Shown here: piece by piece, positions 35,465-48,800 of the stretch
Layout: every line of letters begins with the position of its first letter
How positions within the stretch are numbered: position 1 is the first letter of the stretch
NCBI GenBank assembly: GCA_043228905.1
Contig: JBHGNT010000017.1
Coordinates: 14,446,001-14,510,000, forward strand
DNA length: 64,000 bases
Direction of reading: 5' to 3'
DNA from: Azolla caroliniana
Lineage: Eukaryota > Plantae > Polypodiophyta
The notes under the pieces: model-generated
Databases searched by the model: none
Seen by the model: the letters and a program-made list of their open reading frames with translations, nothing else
What the model was told of the DNA's origin: nothing
Translations under genes and position numbers: made by a program

Positions 35465-38400
35465 CATTTAACTTATACCATCACCATCATCACCATCATC
35501 ATCATCATCATCACCATCACCCATCACCCATCACTCCAAGTCCCTTCATCATCAGCATACATCCCTCTAGCACCACACTTTTCTTTGTTGTCTCCCAATT
35601 CTTTCCAGAGCTTCTGTTGTTCTGACATAACCAAGAGAAAATTTAAAAGGCATATGTTTCTAAATTTGGGGTTCATCACCATCACCATCACCATCATCCA
35701 TCATTCATCATGATGCAAGGAGGGAGAGAGCCATCACATTGTGTGGCATTTGTGTAAAGTGGTGTGAAACCAAATCGCGGTCACATCGATTCCTATATTC
35801 GTTAGCATCATCGAAGTCTCGCTCCGCTCTCATTTCTTTCGCCCCCTCCCTTCCAAGCTCCGACACTTCGGGGTGTCGATCATTAGGTTGTTGGGCTCTA
35901 GCCCGGGATCGGATCTAATTCTGTTTGATTCTAATGTGTACATGCTCCACACCAAGCCAAGCCAAACAAAGTCGGGTGTCGATCGATCGTAGATTGTTGG
36001 GCTCTAGCCCGGTCGGATGTAATTCTATGATTCTAATGTGTATGCGCCCGCACACCAAACCTAGCCAGGGCCGGAACTTGATTTGTGGCCCTAGGACACC
36101 TTCTCTACACATTAGGAAACCTTCTCAACAATTTACTTGTTTTGCATCATTTGCTTTGCCATGCATGTTGGACGACATGCTCGACATACTTGGCTGGGTT
36201 TCGAAAGGAATTTTAGGAGAAAGTTTTTTTGTTTTTGTTTTTTATGTCTTTGTGTGTCTCTCATCCCCCATTTGTAAGTACTTTGCGCCCGACAAGCTTG
36301 TGAAAATCATTTGGTCGGGGTTTCGGTGAATGAGGGCACACCTTCATTTTCAAACAAATGTGGTTCGAAGCTAGTGTCCTAGCTCTAGCTTGGACATCTC
36401 AATTAGAGTCTCTACTTTATGATGTAAATGCTCCAACTTCTTGGACATATTGATTTGTAGTGATTGGTTGTAGTGCAAAATTCCAATTCTTTGGAGGGCT
36501 ATCTTCTTCTTTTTGTGGTGTCAACCTTACCATTTTAGATGGAGAATTCAAATGAACGATGTGAGTAGTGTGACAATGGATATTTTTGTCGGCCGAACAA
36601 GGCCATAGATTCTTTGATTATGAAAAAAAATGGTGAGAGCATTTGATGAACATGATTACTTTTGTGAAGCATCAATGTGGACATGTCTTTTCTTAATCTT
36701 CTTGACTAGTTCTTTTGTGTTGCTAAGGTAGGGATTATCGTCGTAACAAAGTGAAATATCTGAATCCCAATGAGATGCAACAATCATAACATTCAAGTAT
36801 TCCGCACATCCCAGGAGAGAGAATTGGTTAACAATAAATAATGTTATACTCCTTGGCCTTTTTACATGGGCAATTGATGGTCATGCCTTTGGGGCTCTGA
36901 TTCAATCACATGTTTTCCATGGTTGTCTTTCTAGGGAAACCACCAACTATCATGTCATGGAATTCTATCAAACTACTCGTCGTGAATTTTCTTTTTATGG
37001 AACTGCATGATTGACTACGGTGTTTGCGTGCACCATAGCGTTTATTATATTACCCATGGTTTCTTCCACATCCATGTTTGTATTCTTAATGTCCAAAACA
37101 TGCAGGCAGTCAGAACAAAACACGTTAGCTTGTTGCGATTAACTTTTCATGATGCAAGTGATTTTCAAAGGTCCATTAAAATTACTTTTTGGTGGACCAA
37201 AACCATTCAATTTTCAAAAGTCTACACTTCATATTGATTCAATTTGAAATTTGGAAAATGAATAAGGACAAAATTTAGTCCTATACGGGGTTTCCTAGAG
37301 TTACATTTTTATGCACAATCCATGTCAGTAACATGTAGACAAAATATATAAATCATCACATTGTAAGTGTAGACACAATGTCTAGTAACTATGGATTCAC
37401 ATCTAGTGCTTATGAACATATGATAAAGCAGAAATAAAGCATTCACAATACACTAAAAAGGTTGAGGTTATTAGTGGGACATTGTTCGACTTGTGCCATA
37501 TGAGGGATTGATGTTGTAGAAAAGGTCATCATAAGTTGCTAGAAATCACATCGACCATCTACACCAAACTTTATATAGATCTATGTCAAACCAATTGCAT
37601 GTAATAGGCACACATTGAATCAATACATATTCTATGTATTGAAAGAATAGCCCTACTTGGCCCCTTCTATCACTTGAATCCCCATTATAGCAAGTCTAGG
37701 ACACATAGATATGTTGTGAGCATCCATAACACATTCTCCTTATACGATTTGGTAGAATATATCATTTTGACACAATCCTAGAGATGATGTTTGTTGGATT
37801 GAATATCTTCATTGTAAAATGTGTGAACACTAGGTAATCTAGTTTGAAAAGTGTTGTCGCAACTAGATAGATGCCAATGATTAGAAATGGTTCCATGGGT
37901 AGGTTTAGGGTTTCCTTGGTTTAGTGATTTTAAAATTAAGGTTGCTTCAATAAATGTTGCCTATAGTCGATAATTATTGCGATGCTTTGATGCCCCTCTT
38001 TCCTAACTTGCTGAAATAGAAGCTATGAAGTGATTTTATGTGCTTATTTATTCTATAAGTGTTTGACTATTGCCATAGGTGAAGATAGGTACTACCATCT
38101 GACATATTTCCTTGAAGAATGCATTTCAATAGTTCGCTCCACAAGCAAAGGCCAAAGGATTGGGGGGAATGTAACAATTTGGCGCATTCATATGAGATAA
38201 TGATTTCAGGGATAGATTGTGTGTTGGTTTATCTAGTATCTACCTCGATGTCATGGATTTAGTTGAAGGTGAACAGATCATGTTAGTCCGGGATATTGAG
38301 TTCTTGAAGACGTATTGATACTTTTCATTCGGCTCGTAATACGAGAGGTAGTTTTGAAGATCCCTCAAACCCAGAGTTGTAAAAACATAAAGTTTTTGCT

Positions 38401-40849
38401 CTTCATGGTGACAATGTTTTATAGTTTTCAATTCCAAAAAATATAGCATTAAATCTTCATAACCATCACATGAAACATTTGGCAACTAAGATTTTATATG
38501 ATGCTTACATTGTTTGGCAACTACATTGAACAATGGGTTTATATTGCCATGTTAAAGGCAATAGGAGTTGCAACTTTCAACTATGGAAACCCGTGGGCCG
38601 TAACTATGAAAAGAGGGAATTCCTTAAACATTGATTCGTTTACTGGGGTTTTCACGTACTAGTTAGACAAACAGTAAACTTGTTATTTTTTATGCATTAC
38701 TATCATAAAGCTATAATATTTGTGGGGTAAGTATCAATCAAACTATTTTTAAGATCGAATTTATTTGGTTTCATTGTCAATACAAGCAACAATTTAATGT
38801 ACATTGTGTCTAACTTTGAAGCTAATACAATGACATCACTCCATAAAATCATTTTCCTTATCAAAATACTTCATTTACAAAAAGTAGTGAATATTGTTTA
38901 CATCATTTTTAATTTAACAATTAGTATATATAATCCATTGTTACCATAGGATACACAAGTCATTAACACGAGAGCTTGTGGGTAAGTGTCGATAAGAAGT
39001 GCTAGGAGATCCTTATTGTTACGATGTCATTGCACTATCAACAACCATAAATGATAACGTAAGAGTCAAGACTACCACTAGATAGTTTTCTCACACATTG
39101 ACAATTTAAATTTTAGACCACCTCATCCAAAAGTATACCAAAACCCAAAGTTTTAGCTTCCTTTCTAGGACGTAAATAGTTAAATACCCTTGTATTTTTC
39201 TTTATTTGTGCGAAAGCTTGACGTTTTCATCATTTCCCCGAATGCCCTTCCTCTCAAGAAATTACATGTTATATTTGAGCAATTACATGGTCAAAGTGTT
39301 CCCTTTCTCTCACTTATATTGGCTTTTTAGACACTTATGTTTGGTCCATTTGTACTCCTTTCCTCATTTATGGGGTTTGACCGTGGGTACTTCGGAAAAT
39401 AACGGAAACATAAAGGGCATTCAAAGAAACAAAGAGAAACCTATTCTATATATAGCTCTAATTTTACCACACTTTTTTAAGTGAGAAATAATTTATCAAG
39501 TTATTCAAATTCATCAAGAACTCACTTGAAAATTTGAGCATGACTAAAACTACATGAACAAGTAATTCTCATGCATGTTAGACATATCAATGTGAAGATA
39601 AAATAAAAAGATCAATTGTAGCCTTACTTTACCTATCATTGCTTATAATTGGATGTTGATCTCCATTTAGGTGTCCTTAAAAATATTTCACGATGCTTGA
39701 AGTATATACATTGAAAGGAGCTTGGAGGATACATTAGGTTCGCACATGTGAAATTATTTTACTATAAGTAGACAACTAGAATATGTATATACTAGACGCA
39801 ATAACTACATGTCAATGGAGGAAAGAGCATAATGTAAATACCTAATTTAAATGGTGTAATCATTAATAGACATACCCTTATGTTGGATGTCATTCAACTC
39901 TTCTCAAAATTGAAATTTGGGGGCGGTTGCGTTAAAAGGTAAAGATCTCTTTTCGATTTTTTGTGCTTAATTCAACATTTGTGTTGTGTACATAGGAAAT
40001 CATATGATTGTCAATACACAATATTAGGCAATTCATCATATGGCATTCCTCTTTTTTCTCTTTGGTATAATCAAAGCTTTTTGGATCCTACACCTTTACC
40101 AAATCACAGTCGATGTAGCCTTGATATCCTTGTCATGTTGTATTGCTAACTTGTGAAGTTGGATCTATCGGGCTTCTCATTTGGGAGTGAGGTATCCATT
40201 TGCATTATCGCTAGAAGTATGTGAAATTTACCTAACATCTTGGTGAACTCAATGTGAATGGGGCATCAAGAAGAGATGGAGGAATCAAGACAAACAAATT
40301 GGAGTTCTTGTAGATGGCATATGATATTGGAGAGGGAGAGCAAACTAGTGAGTTCATTATTTCCGTTTGTGTGGCAATCTTTCAAGAAGTTTTTAAAGGG
40401 AAACTTCCTAGTGGCACAAAATTATTTGAGGCCATGAAAATGGTGAAAACAATAAAATAAAACCTAGAGTATGCTTGAATCCATTACATGCATATTGTAG
40501 AAGAAGGTTTGGATTCATTCACACAACTGATGTTGAAAGGTGAGGAACCCAATGCCAAAAGAGGTCAATAGATTACATAGCTACCAAAATATAAGAAGAA
40601 CATAAAAAAGTGGAGAAGAAAACCCAAATCAAACAAAGCCCAAGTTCTACTAAATCAAAGATTCTCTAAATTTTCTCTTGAATTCTACCACCTCCTCCCT
40701 TTGATACTTGATTCTCTCTTTGGACAAAAAACTCTATGATTCCACCATAACACACAAATCCACAATTTACTTTGACACTACCACCAAGCATCTAGACAAT
40801 CATCATCATGGACTTCAACGCTAACATTCGGTACCAACCTAGATCATAG

Positions 40850-41150
40850 CAAGGCAAGACCAATACTTTGTCTTTCCACTCAGAATTCAAGCTTCAAGCA
40901 AGGAGTGAGGATTGTGGCCAATTGCCTCATACATAAATCAATCTTGAGTAGTTCAACTTATTTGTAACCTAGCTGCTACTCATAAATATGAGAAAGTACC
41001 AAATAACATAGATTCTTGGGCCTTGGCAAAGTCGATCTCTAATGCACCTTGAGAAAACTTGAACAAACTCCTTTGAAAACAAGTATCGCTTATGAAATTA
41101 TCTGACCTATTGACATTAACTTGAGATCCTAAAGGGGTATTCGAAAGTAC
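40850..41150 (-). pseudogene. Highly decayed LINE RT remnant
   Basis: GALEIDFAKAQ near 41015-41048 resembles the LINE RT K(I/L)DFxKAYD motif; single motif only. Confidence 0.3.
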
Positions 41151-41909
41151 CTTTAACCAGCCATATGAGCTCTATCTATAACCACCCATGGGGATCTCTT
41201 TCAAAGGATTTCATCACCAACCTACCATGTTGATGGAGGAGAAAGAGTTTGTATTTATAGTCATAAACCACTTCACCCCAAGACGCCCATATCCTATCAT
41301 GTTCAAAGCCGACCTCAGAGGAACAAAACTACAACCATCCAACTGAAACAATTCCATGGTCTTCTCGAGGTGAAATCACTTCGGATTGGGGACACCAGGC
41401 TGTGGCACACTTCAAGAACAGGTTGTTCGAGCATATCAACACCTTGGAAAAGCTATGCCTGCCCATGCCTTGTGCAAGCGCTCAAGTGGTTATAGCAAGG
41501 GTTCGCGTGTTTCGACCCGAGGAGGCATCATTCAGAGTTTCTGCTCTCGGGTCTGAATCGAGCTCGGACATCCTTGCAAGTCAAAGTGAGGCCTTTCAGA
41601 GGAGGATTGCTGCCCATTTCCCAGGAGCGATAGATACGGGCATGTGCAAAACGTATAGCTTAGCCAAGGGCATCCGGACAAAACTCCGGTTTCTCTCTTG
41701 GACATGGACATGACATGGATATGGTGATGGAACCCACACATGAATGAATGAATGAAACAGAGAAGTTGAGAACAGGATTAGATATTTTTCCACTGGTTTT
41801 TATTGAGGGCCTGTGATGATGAATGGATATGGAAGGGGGCCAGGGACTGAGAACCACAGGCATGGCAATGAAGCTGAGCAAAATCACCAGTAAATGATGA
41901 ACAACAGAT

Positions 41910-43637
41910 ATGGCAATGATCCTTAGGTATGCACTCCCTCCTCCCCTTCACAGCCTGACTCTTGAATCCCATGAACCCAGCTCAGGTCCACCCAAAAAGC
42001 TCAAGCAGAGAAGGTCTTCAGGGCTGCTCCGTGAACGGATCCCCGAGAAAAGCGCCGTAGAACAAGAATTCCAGACTCGGAGGTCTAAGCATACGTTGAA
42101 GCTCTTAAAAGATGCAGTGAATCTCCTCGACGGGCAGAATCTCGAGATCGATACCGAAACTCTCGCGGTTCTCATCAAGAGCTGTACAAATGCAGATTCT
42201 CTCCCTGCTGGTCAGTTTGTTCATCAACATATACTTACAAATGGCTACGAAGGAGACACTTATCTATGCAATTTCCTCATGGAAATGTATGGTAAATGTG
42301 GTGATATTGAAGAAGCTCGGTTCATATTCGACGAATGCATCTATGAGCCAAATGTGTTCTCATGGACCATTATCATTTCAGCCTATATTCATCACAGGAA
42401 ATTTGATGAAGCTCGGAACCTTTTCCGAGAAATGCAAGTAAATGGTGTGAAACCAAACACGTTTACTTTTAGTACGATTCTCGCGACATGTTTGAATCCA
42501 GCCCATGGCGAAGACGGCGAACAAATCCATGCAGATGCAATCCTTAATGGGCTTGATGTTGATGTTGTCGTAGGAACATCTCTGATCAATATGTATGGGA
42601 AATGCAAGACTAAAGAAGATGCTTTATTTGTCTTTGAAAAGATACAACATCGAGATCCTGCAGCATGGAATGCTATTATATCAGTTCATGCCCAACACGG
42701 AGATAGTGAGAAAACCCTTATGTTGTTTCAACACATGAGGGAGAATCGTGTCAAACCGAATGCCATCACATTTTCAAGTGTCCTTGGGGCATGTAATAAT
42801 CCTAACTATTTAGTGCATGGTGAAGCTATCCATGCCAAAATAGTGGGTAAAGGTTTCTTCTCTGACACTGTCATTCAAAATGCTCTAATAGATATGTATG
42901 GGAAATGTGGTTGTGTTGTTAATGCGCGGTCAGTATTCGAGAAAATGCAATCTCGGAATGTTGTTTCGTGGACATCTATCATTGGGGTTCATGTGCAGCA
43001 TCCTCGACAAGCTCTTCAGCTTTACAAACAAATGCTCTCAGACCGTTTACAACCGAATGAATTCACATTTCTTTCTGTTCTTGCCGCTTGTGGCAATCTC
43101 AAATCTTTAGAAGAAGGCCAACTTGTCCATACGTTAATTATTGAGAACGGACTTTGCTCTAATGTAGCAGTAGCAACTTCCTTAATTAGCATGTATGGGA
43201 AATGTATGGAAGTGGACAGTGCGAGATGGGTTTTCGATGATATGAACAGACGGGACTTAGTGTTATGGAATGCTATGATTGCTGTATATGCACAACATGG
43301 GCTTGGTAAAGATGCTCTTGATGCTTTCCATCGAATGCAAAAAGAATGTGAGAAACCAGATACGATTACATTTACAAGTATCTTCAATGCATGTAGTCGC
43401 TCAGGTCTCGTTGAAGAAGCTTGTCATATTTACAGATCGATGGAGAAAGACTATAACATACTTCCATCCATAGAACACTATGGGTGTATGGTTGACCTTT
43501 TTGGACGGTCTGCTTTAATGGAGGAGGCAGAGGATTGTATTGATACAATGCCGCTCATTCCAAATGTGGTTATATGGGACACTTTTGTAAATGCTTGCAG
43601 AGCTGAATGTGATAAAAAACAGATGCAACTTACTTGA
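41910..43637 (+). CDS. PLS-class pentatricopeptide repeat protein, ending in a partial E domain without DYW
   Basis: Repeated triplets LI.MYGKCG / WNAII / PN.ITF.SVL.AC; terminal IEHYGCMVDLFGRS..PNVVIWDTFVNACR; Ser/Pro/Arg-rich N-terminus. Confidence 0.95.
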   Translation: MAMILRYALPPPLHSLTLESHEPSSGPPKKLKQRRSSGLLRERIPEKSAVEQEFQTRRSKHTLKLLKDAVNLLDGQNLEIDTETLAVLIKSCTNADSLPAGQFVHQHILTNGYEGDTYLCNFLMEMYGKCGDIEEARFIFDECIYEPNVFSWTIIISAYIHHRKFDEARNLFREMQVNGVKPNTFTFSTILATCLNPAHGEDGEQIHADAILNGLDVDVVVGTSLINMYGKCKTKEDALFVFEKIQHRDPAAWNAIISVHAQHGDSEKTLMLFQHMRENRVKPNAITFSSVLGACNNPNYLVHGEAIHAKIVGKGFFSDTVIQNALIDMYGKCGCVVNARSVFEKMQSRNVVSWTSIIGVHVQHPRQALQLYKQMLSDRLQPNEFTFLSVLAACGNLKSLEEGQLVHTLIIENGLCSNVAVATSLISMYGKCMEVDSARWVFDDMNRRDLVLWNAMIAVYAQHGLGKDALDAFHRMQKECEKPDTITFTSIFNACSRSGLVEEACHIYRSMEKDYNILPSIEHYGCMVDLFGRSALMEEAEDCIDTMPLIPNVVIWDTFVNACRAECDKKQMQLT

Positions 43638-44593
43638 AGCTGTCTACACAAATTTAAATGGATCTACGATCTCATGCAAGTACACTGAAATGTGTTGCCT
43701 TCTGATGAAAATAGCTTTCCAATTGTGAGATGAATGCAGCTCAACTTTGAATCTTGATCGAGATCTCCAATTGTTAGATGACTTGCGCAAGTGCTCTAAT
43801 GTGTTGCTTTCCAATTGTCAGATGGATTGCTTCATGTTGCTTGCTAATGCTATAAGTGCAGTTTGCTTCAATGAAAATGTGTGCTTACATCCAACATATG
43901 CTCCAGATTTGAGCTGTTACTGACATGGCTTATACACTCATCTCGTCACCGCATGTGATAGGAAAGTGTACAAAAATGTAAAGGAAGAGACACACAAAGA
44001 ACTTGCCAAAATTTCATTCTAGAATGATAGCTGATCTTTTAGTTCTAGCCAATTAATCATCAGTAAGTCTATATTGAGATGTTTGATCATCCATGTCAGG
44101 TTAAGCCTGTGAATGATTTCCATAACACTCCTAGACTGATTGATGTATTCTGTTGTGGCTCCAACAAACTTGTGCACCAGAATGTATATGTTGATGACAT
44201 GAATATTTCCTCACAACACTGCCTACCTAAGGTATTTGACATTGCCTTGTTGACATTTTTGTAGATTCCTCCAAAAAATATTCTAATAAAACCAGCACAG
44301 AACTGTGTACTTCGGCATTTGATTTAAATTTCCTTCCCGACGTTAAAAACTTTAGAGAAAGAGAAAAACAAACTTTGTAAATTTTATTATTTGATATTGA
44401 GTAAGGTAATAATTGAATATTAATACAATGCAAACACACAGACATCGTGGAGCTCCCTGATTCTTCTTGACAATCGCCATCCTTGGGTATATTTCTCAAT
44501 CTAGATCCTTGAGAGTCTTATCCGTGTTTAAATGGCAGTCCTTTCGGTCTACACAGATTTTTAGTGTGAAATCATCGCTCTGGTTTTCAATCA

Positions 44594-44667
44594 AGTTCAT
44601 GATGATCATGATCCGATGTTTGCTGCGTTTGACCTTATCTATGGGGCTTACTTTCTAGCTGAGTATT
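44594..44667 (+). ncRNA. Candidate C/D snoRNA with a D' guide to 5.8S rRNA
   Basis: C box ATGATGA 44599, TTGA 44629 preceded by TTTGCTGCGT (pairs with recalled 5.8S ACGCAGCGAA, one G-U), D box CTGA 44659; weak terminal stem. Confidence 0.4.
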
Positions 44668-45057
44668 AGAAACTCGATACGTCGGAGAGGTTTCAGAGTT
44701 TGAGACATGGCTGAGTATTAGAAACAGATTTTTCCCAGGAGAAGATATCGGGCTTCCGCTTCCACAACTCCATGACTCCATCATGCGTACCAATGGGCAT
44801 CGAGGCTTAAAGTGCTAGTTTTGGAGAGATGTTAATGCTGTGTTACCTTTTCTGGATTGATTCTGTCATGAGCTACCTCCTCTCCAAATTCAATCCAAGA
44901 ATGAGATTTCAAAAGATCAATCCAAGAATTCAGATTTCTAAAGAATCCAATGACAAATTGCATGAATACAGAGGTTTCTGTTGCAAAGCAGTTTATTTTT
45001 TTTGTTTTTGTTTGGGGATTTGTCCGGACAAGTGTGAACACAAGAAGAGAGGAGAAG

Positions 45058-45066
45058 TAAACCCTA
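45058..45066 (+). promoter_or_regulatory. Telo-box upstream of the snoRNAs
   Basis: AAACCCTAA near 45058; telo-boxes are common upstream of plant snoRNA and translation-machinery genes. Confidence 0.4.
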
Positions 45067-45133
45067 ATCTGGTAAAAGCTTTTAAAGCGATGGCCTACAG
45101 TACCGAGAGAGAGCAGTATGCTTCTGTTCCTCT

Positions 45134-45229
45134 GAGCACTGTGATGACTTGATTTGTTGATGAACGATACTCTGATGATGAAGAGTATCTGTGAAATCCT
45201 AACAATCCTCCTACTCATACTGAGTGCTC
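45134..45229 (+). ncRNA. C/D snoRNA predicted to guide 2'-O-methylation of an A in 25S rRNA
   Basis: Stem GAGCAC/GTGCTC, C box GTGATGA 45141, D box CTGA 45220, guide CCTCCTACTCAT complementary to recalled 25S AUGAGUAGGAGG. Confidence 0.85.
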
Positions 45230-45326
45230 CATTTCACTTTTGCCTGGACCTGATCGACCATTTCAGTACATAGTTTACCTTAGTCTCTAGTTTCCATTGC
45301 TACAAATCCACTGGTTATGAAGCTCT

Positions 45327-45486
45327 GCAGGCTTGTGTGTACAACTCTATGATTCTTGCTTCGTAGAATGTTGAATGGACAGCCTGCTACAGGGAATACT
45401 GTTATGTATGGGCAAGATCCGGCGAACCGATCGAACTTCTGTTCACTTTCCTTACCGGTTTTTGCATACTTCACTGCCCTACATTC
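45327..45486 (+). ncRNA. H/ACA snoRNA, two hairpins, predicted 18S targets
   Basis: Stems GCAGGCT/AGCCTGC and GGGCA/TGCCC, each followed by ACA 15 nt from the pocket; pocket GATCC + ATACTTCAC fits recalled 18S GUGAAGUGU-UC-GGAUC. Confidence 0.75.
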
Positions 45487-46699
45487 CCTCTTTGCGACAT
45501 GTTTTGGAGGACATTTTGTTTTCCTTCTCTCTGCTTTCTCTGCGTTTTGTTTTCTTTGATTATGTGTCTAATGATGATAATGGAGGTAAATCAAGCAATG
45601 GTTTTCCTTTATTTTCGCCGATCAGATTATCCATGTCGTTGGTTCCATGCGCCTCGAGCAGGAATCGACAGGTGCATGATCATGAGACGTGATGAGGGAA
45701 GGAATTAAGTAGATGTGGTATTCTGCTAGTATTTCATGATTAACCGAGTGATTTCAGCTGAGCAGGCCGGTGATCTGGAAAAGTTTGGGAGAGCCAATCT
45801 AGTGTCTACACCATGAAAAGATTCATCTCTCCACAGAACAAAATCGAAACAGTATTTAAAAAGCCTTTTGGGGTGAACTCAAGAGTCTTAGACATGTACA
45901 TCTTTCGCAAACTCAGAATCTGAGGAACATATATATGCATATGAATGCCAAAAATCTATGCAGGCCATGGTTAAGCTTAGAGTTAGAACCAGTGGATCAG
46001 CTAAATATGCTTTCGTATACGTGGAGGCGGATGTGACTATAATTAGTCAACACCCTACACCTTTAAACCCTAGAGCGTTGCCTGTAACTAGGCAACACCG
46101 GAGAATTTGATTCCTGAATCATCGTTTGCCACCATTAAACATTACCTGAGACTTTGATCTCTGAATGATAGCCGTTGTGACTACTATCAAACAACTCTTT
46201 GTCCACAATTAGACATTACCTGAGATATAGATCAAATAGTACCTGAGACTTCGACCCCAAACTCATTGATGCCTTAATCAAACAGCTTCTTTGTCTATAA
46301 GCATCACACTTGAAGCTAAACGTCGAAATCTAAATCAATACTGCAACCATCTTGCAAATGCCTGGTGTTGCAAGATAATTAATCAATATATGCAAAGTAA
46401 ATATCCGAAGTTCAAGTATATGCCTCCAACCTGCTAATCACGTGCATTCTTCAAGAAACTCTCAATTATTTAGATGTCAACATATCAAATTATGGAAGTT
46501 TCTTCCAACACACATAAGTTAATGAAGACTTTTGTTGTCAGATATCAATCAATGAACGAGGATTCTTTTCTTATCCAACAATTATCCTCTTCTTCAGTAC
46601 ATAGCATAATTGTACTACTATGTAATAGATGATAAGAGTTGTTGGTGATACAAACTATAATACAACTAAAAGAGTTAATTGCAATAGCAACTAGAGCAT

Positions 46700-48800
46700 A
46701 ATACTCTACACCTCTCTAATGTTTGTCCTGGCTTCTTCATTATATAATAGAGAAATTGTAGGAAATGTTGGATGTGTATGAAAATACAGTTAATAATTGT
46801 AACTAATTTATAGATTTGGTGTAGGGTTATAGATTTGGTGTAGGATCACGAAATCTCGCCCACATGTGGAAATAACTCACACAAAAGGTAATAGTGGATC
46901 CGAATGTGGATAATGTGGAGTTCATTGAAAATCGACTTTAGCCAAAGTCCCTCTTTTAGCGATCAAGGTGGTGACAATACACTCGACCTCAGTGGAGGAC
47001 AATGTTAGCGTAGATTTGTTTCTTTTGTCTTCCGAGTGATGGCTCACTCACTAAATGTGAAAGAGATAGCCAGGTGTAGATTGTGAAGTGTCTTTGTCAG
47101 CACCCAAGTCTGCATTTGTCCATCCATGTAGTGGAGCAACCATTCCACCTTTAGAGAAGGCGGGGAAGGCCTTGAAAGAGACGGTCATATTGCGTGTGTA
47201 TTTTAAGTATTGGAGAACACACTTTAAAGGTTGCCGAATGATGGGCGCTTGGATGCTTCATAAACGGGATAGAAAACTTGTGGAGCATGATAGATCATTG
47301 CGGGTGTAGCGCACGAAGTACAACAAACTACCAACAATTTGGTGGTATGGTACATTTTTTTATAAAAGCAACTTCTTCAAGAGTTGAGAGAGAGTCACAG
47401 TTACACAGAGGGCAAGGAACTATAAGCAATTGATAGCAATCCATCATGTCAAACTTTTGAACAATACCATCAGCTAATTTATTATGAGAGTCTTTAAATC
47501 CATCATGTCTTTAAATTATTTGATTTTTATGTTTGTGCATTCTAATTGTTAGTAATTAAGTAATTCCTATGTTTTGAACTTGCAATTGTGTTACATTTGA
47601 TTTTTATGTTTGTGCTTTCTAATGTTTAGTAATTAAGTAATTCCTACGTTTTGAACTTTCAATTGTGTACAGGTTTGATTGAAATCATTCTCGAATACGA
47701 ATGCCTGTATGTTACTTATGGTTCATTCTATCCTTTCCATTACTTTGGAAAACCTTTTCAGCGTTAGAGAAGGAGCAAAATTGATCCCTACATCTTCAAC
47801 ATACATGACAAAGGCTAAAAGTCAGAGTAGATGATAGATACGATATACCACTCAATGGTAGCTAGAGTTTCATATAGTTCTTGTATAGATTTAGTTTTCC
47901 CTTTTTTTGCACTAATAACATATTCTATCATTATGTCGTTTTTGTGTAATATTTCCCAAAGCTTGATCAACACATAGCCACCGTCCCATCAATGTCCCAT
48001 TCTGATGGATATTACAATGACTAATACCTTCCAAGTGATAACATAATCGTCACAACAAAAGCCTAGCCCGCAACACCGATGTCTTAAGACAAGAACCTTT
48101 TGACATAATGTGTTTTATGAGGGTAACTAAGCCTTATATTTATACCCTTGATTAAGCCCCCTTGAATAGATGTGCCTTTCTAAAAGACTCAAATAATTCA
48201 TTATAAAGATCATTATAGTGTAAGCATCCATCATTCCTTCTATTCAATTACATTGGTTCGTTTAGCATTAATGAACATACCCTTCACTTATGTGTACATA
48301 TTGTGTGCAAATTCCATCAAGTGTGGTAGAATACATGATCTTCTCTGTCTCCATTACTTTCAATATTTCCATTTCTTCGTTTTATTACCCTAGTAAACTA
48401 TTTTACTTGTTTGAGAGTTTAATATTTTCTATCCTTTGAGGTCATGTTTACTCCCCATACCCAACGAACCATCCCCTAAAGCTTATATCATCCAGCTTTG
48501 ATCTGTGATGTGGACTTCCATTTACAATGGCTACTTACTACACCAAAAAAATTGACATGGGAGACCAAATGTGTGTCACCATACCATAAGGTACATGGTA
48601 TTTGGCCTTGTAATGTGGTGTGAGGAGTCCTATTTTGTAGATTGGAGGTTGTCAAGAATGCAACTTCCCAAAACTGGTTTTCCATTCGTCCCATTTACAA
48701 AAGTTCTGTTCTTTGTCTTAGCAATGCCATTATGTTGGGTACTCGTAGTGAGCATGGTTTTAGGTATGATTCTCAAATTAGAAAAAGATTAAACAGAAGT
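46700..48800 (-). mobile_element. Old Copia remnant between the snoRNA copies
   Basis: NVPYHQIVGSLLY near 47320-47360, LSSTEVEY near 46980-47000, FWEVAFLTTSNLQNRTP (integrase) near 48630-48675. Confidence 0.75.

Noticed and set aside
41300-41713. Open frame upstream of the PPR gene
   Set aside because: No recognisable domain or splice link
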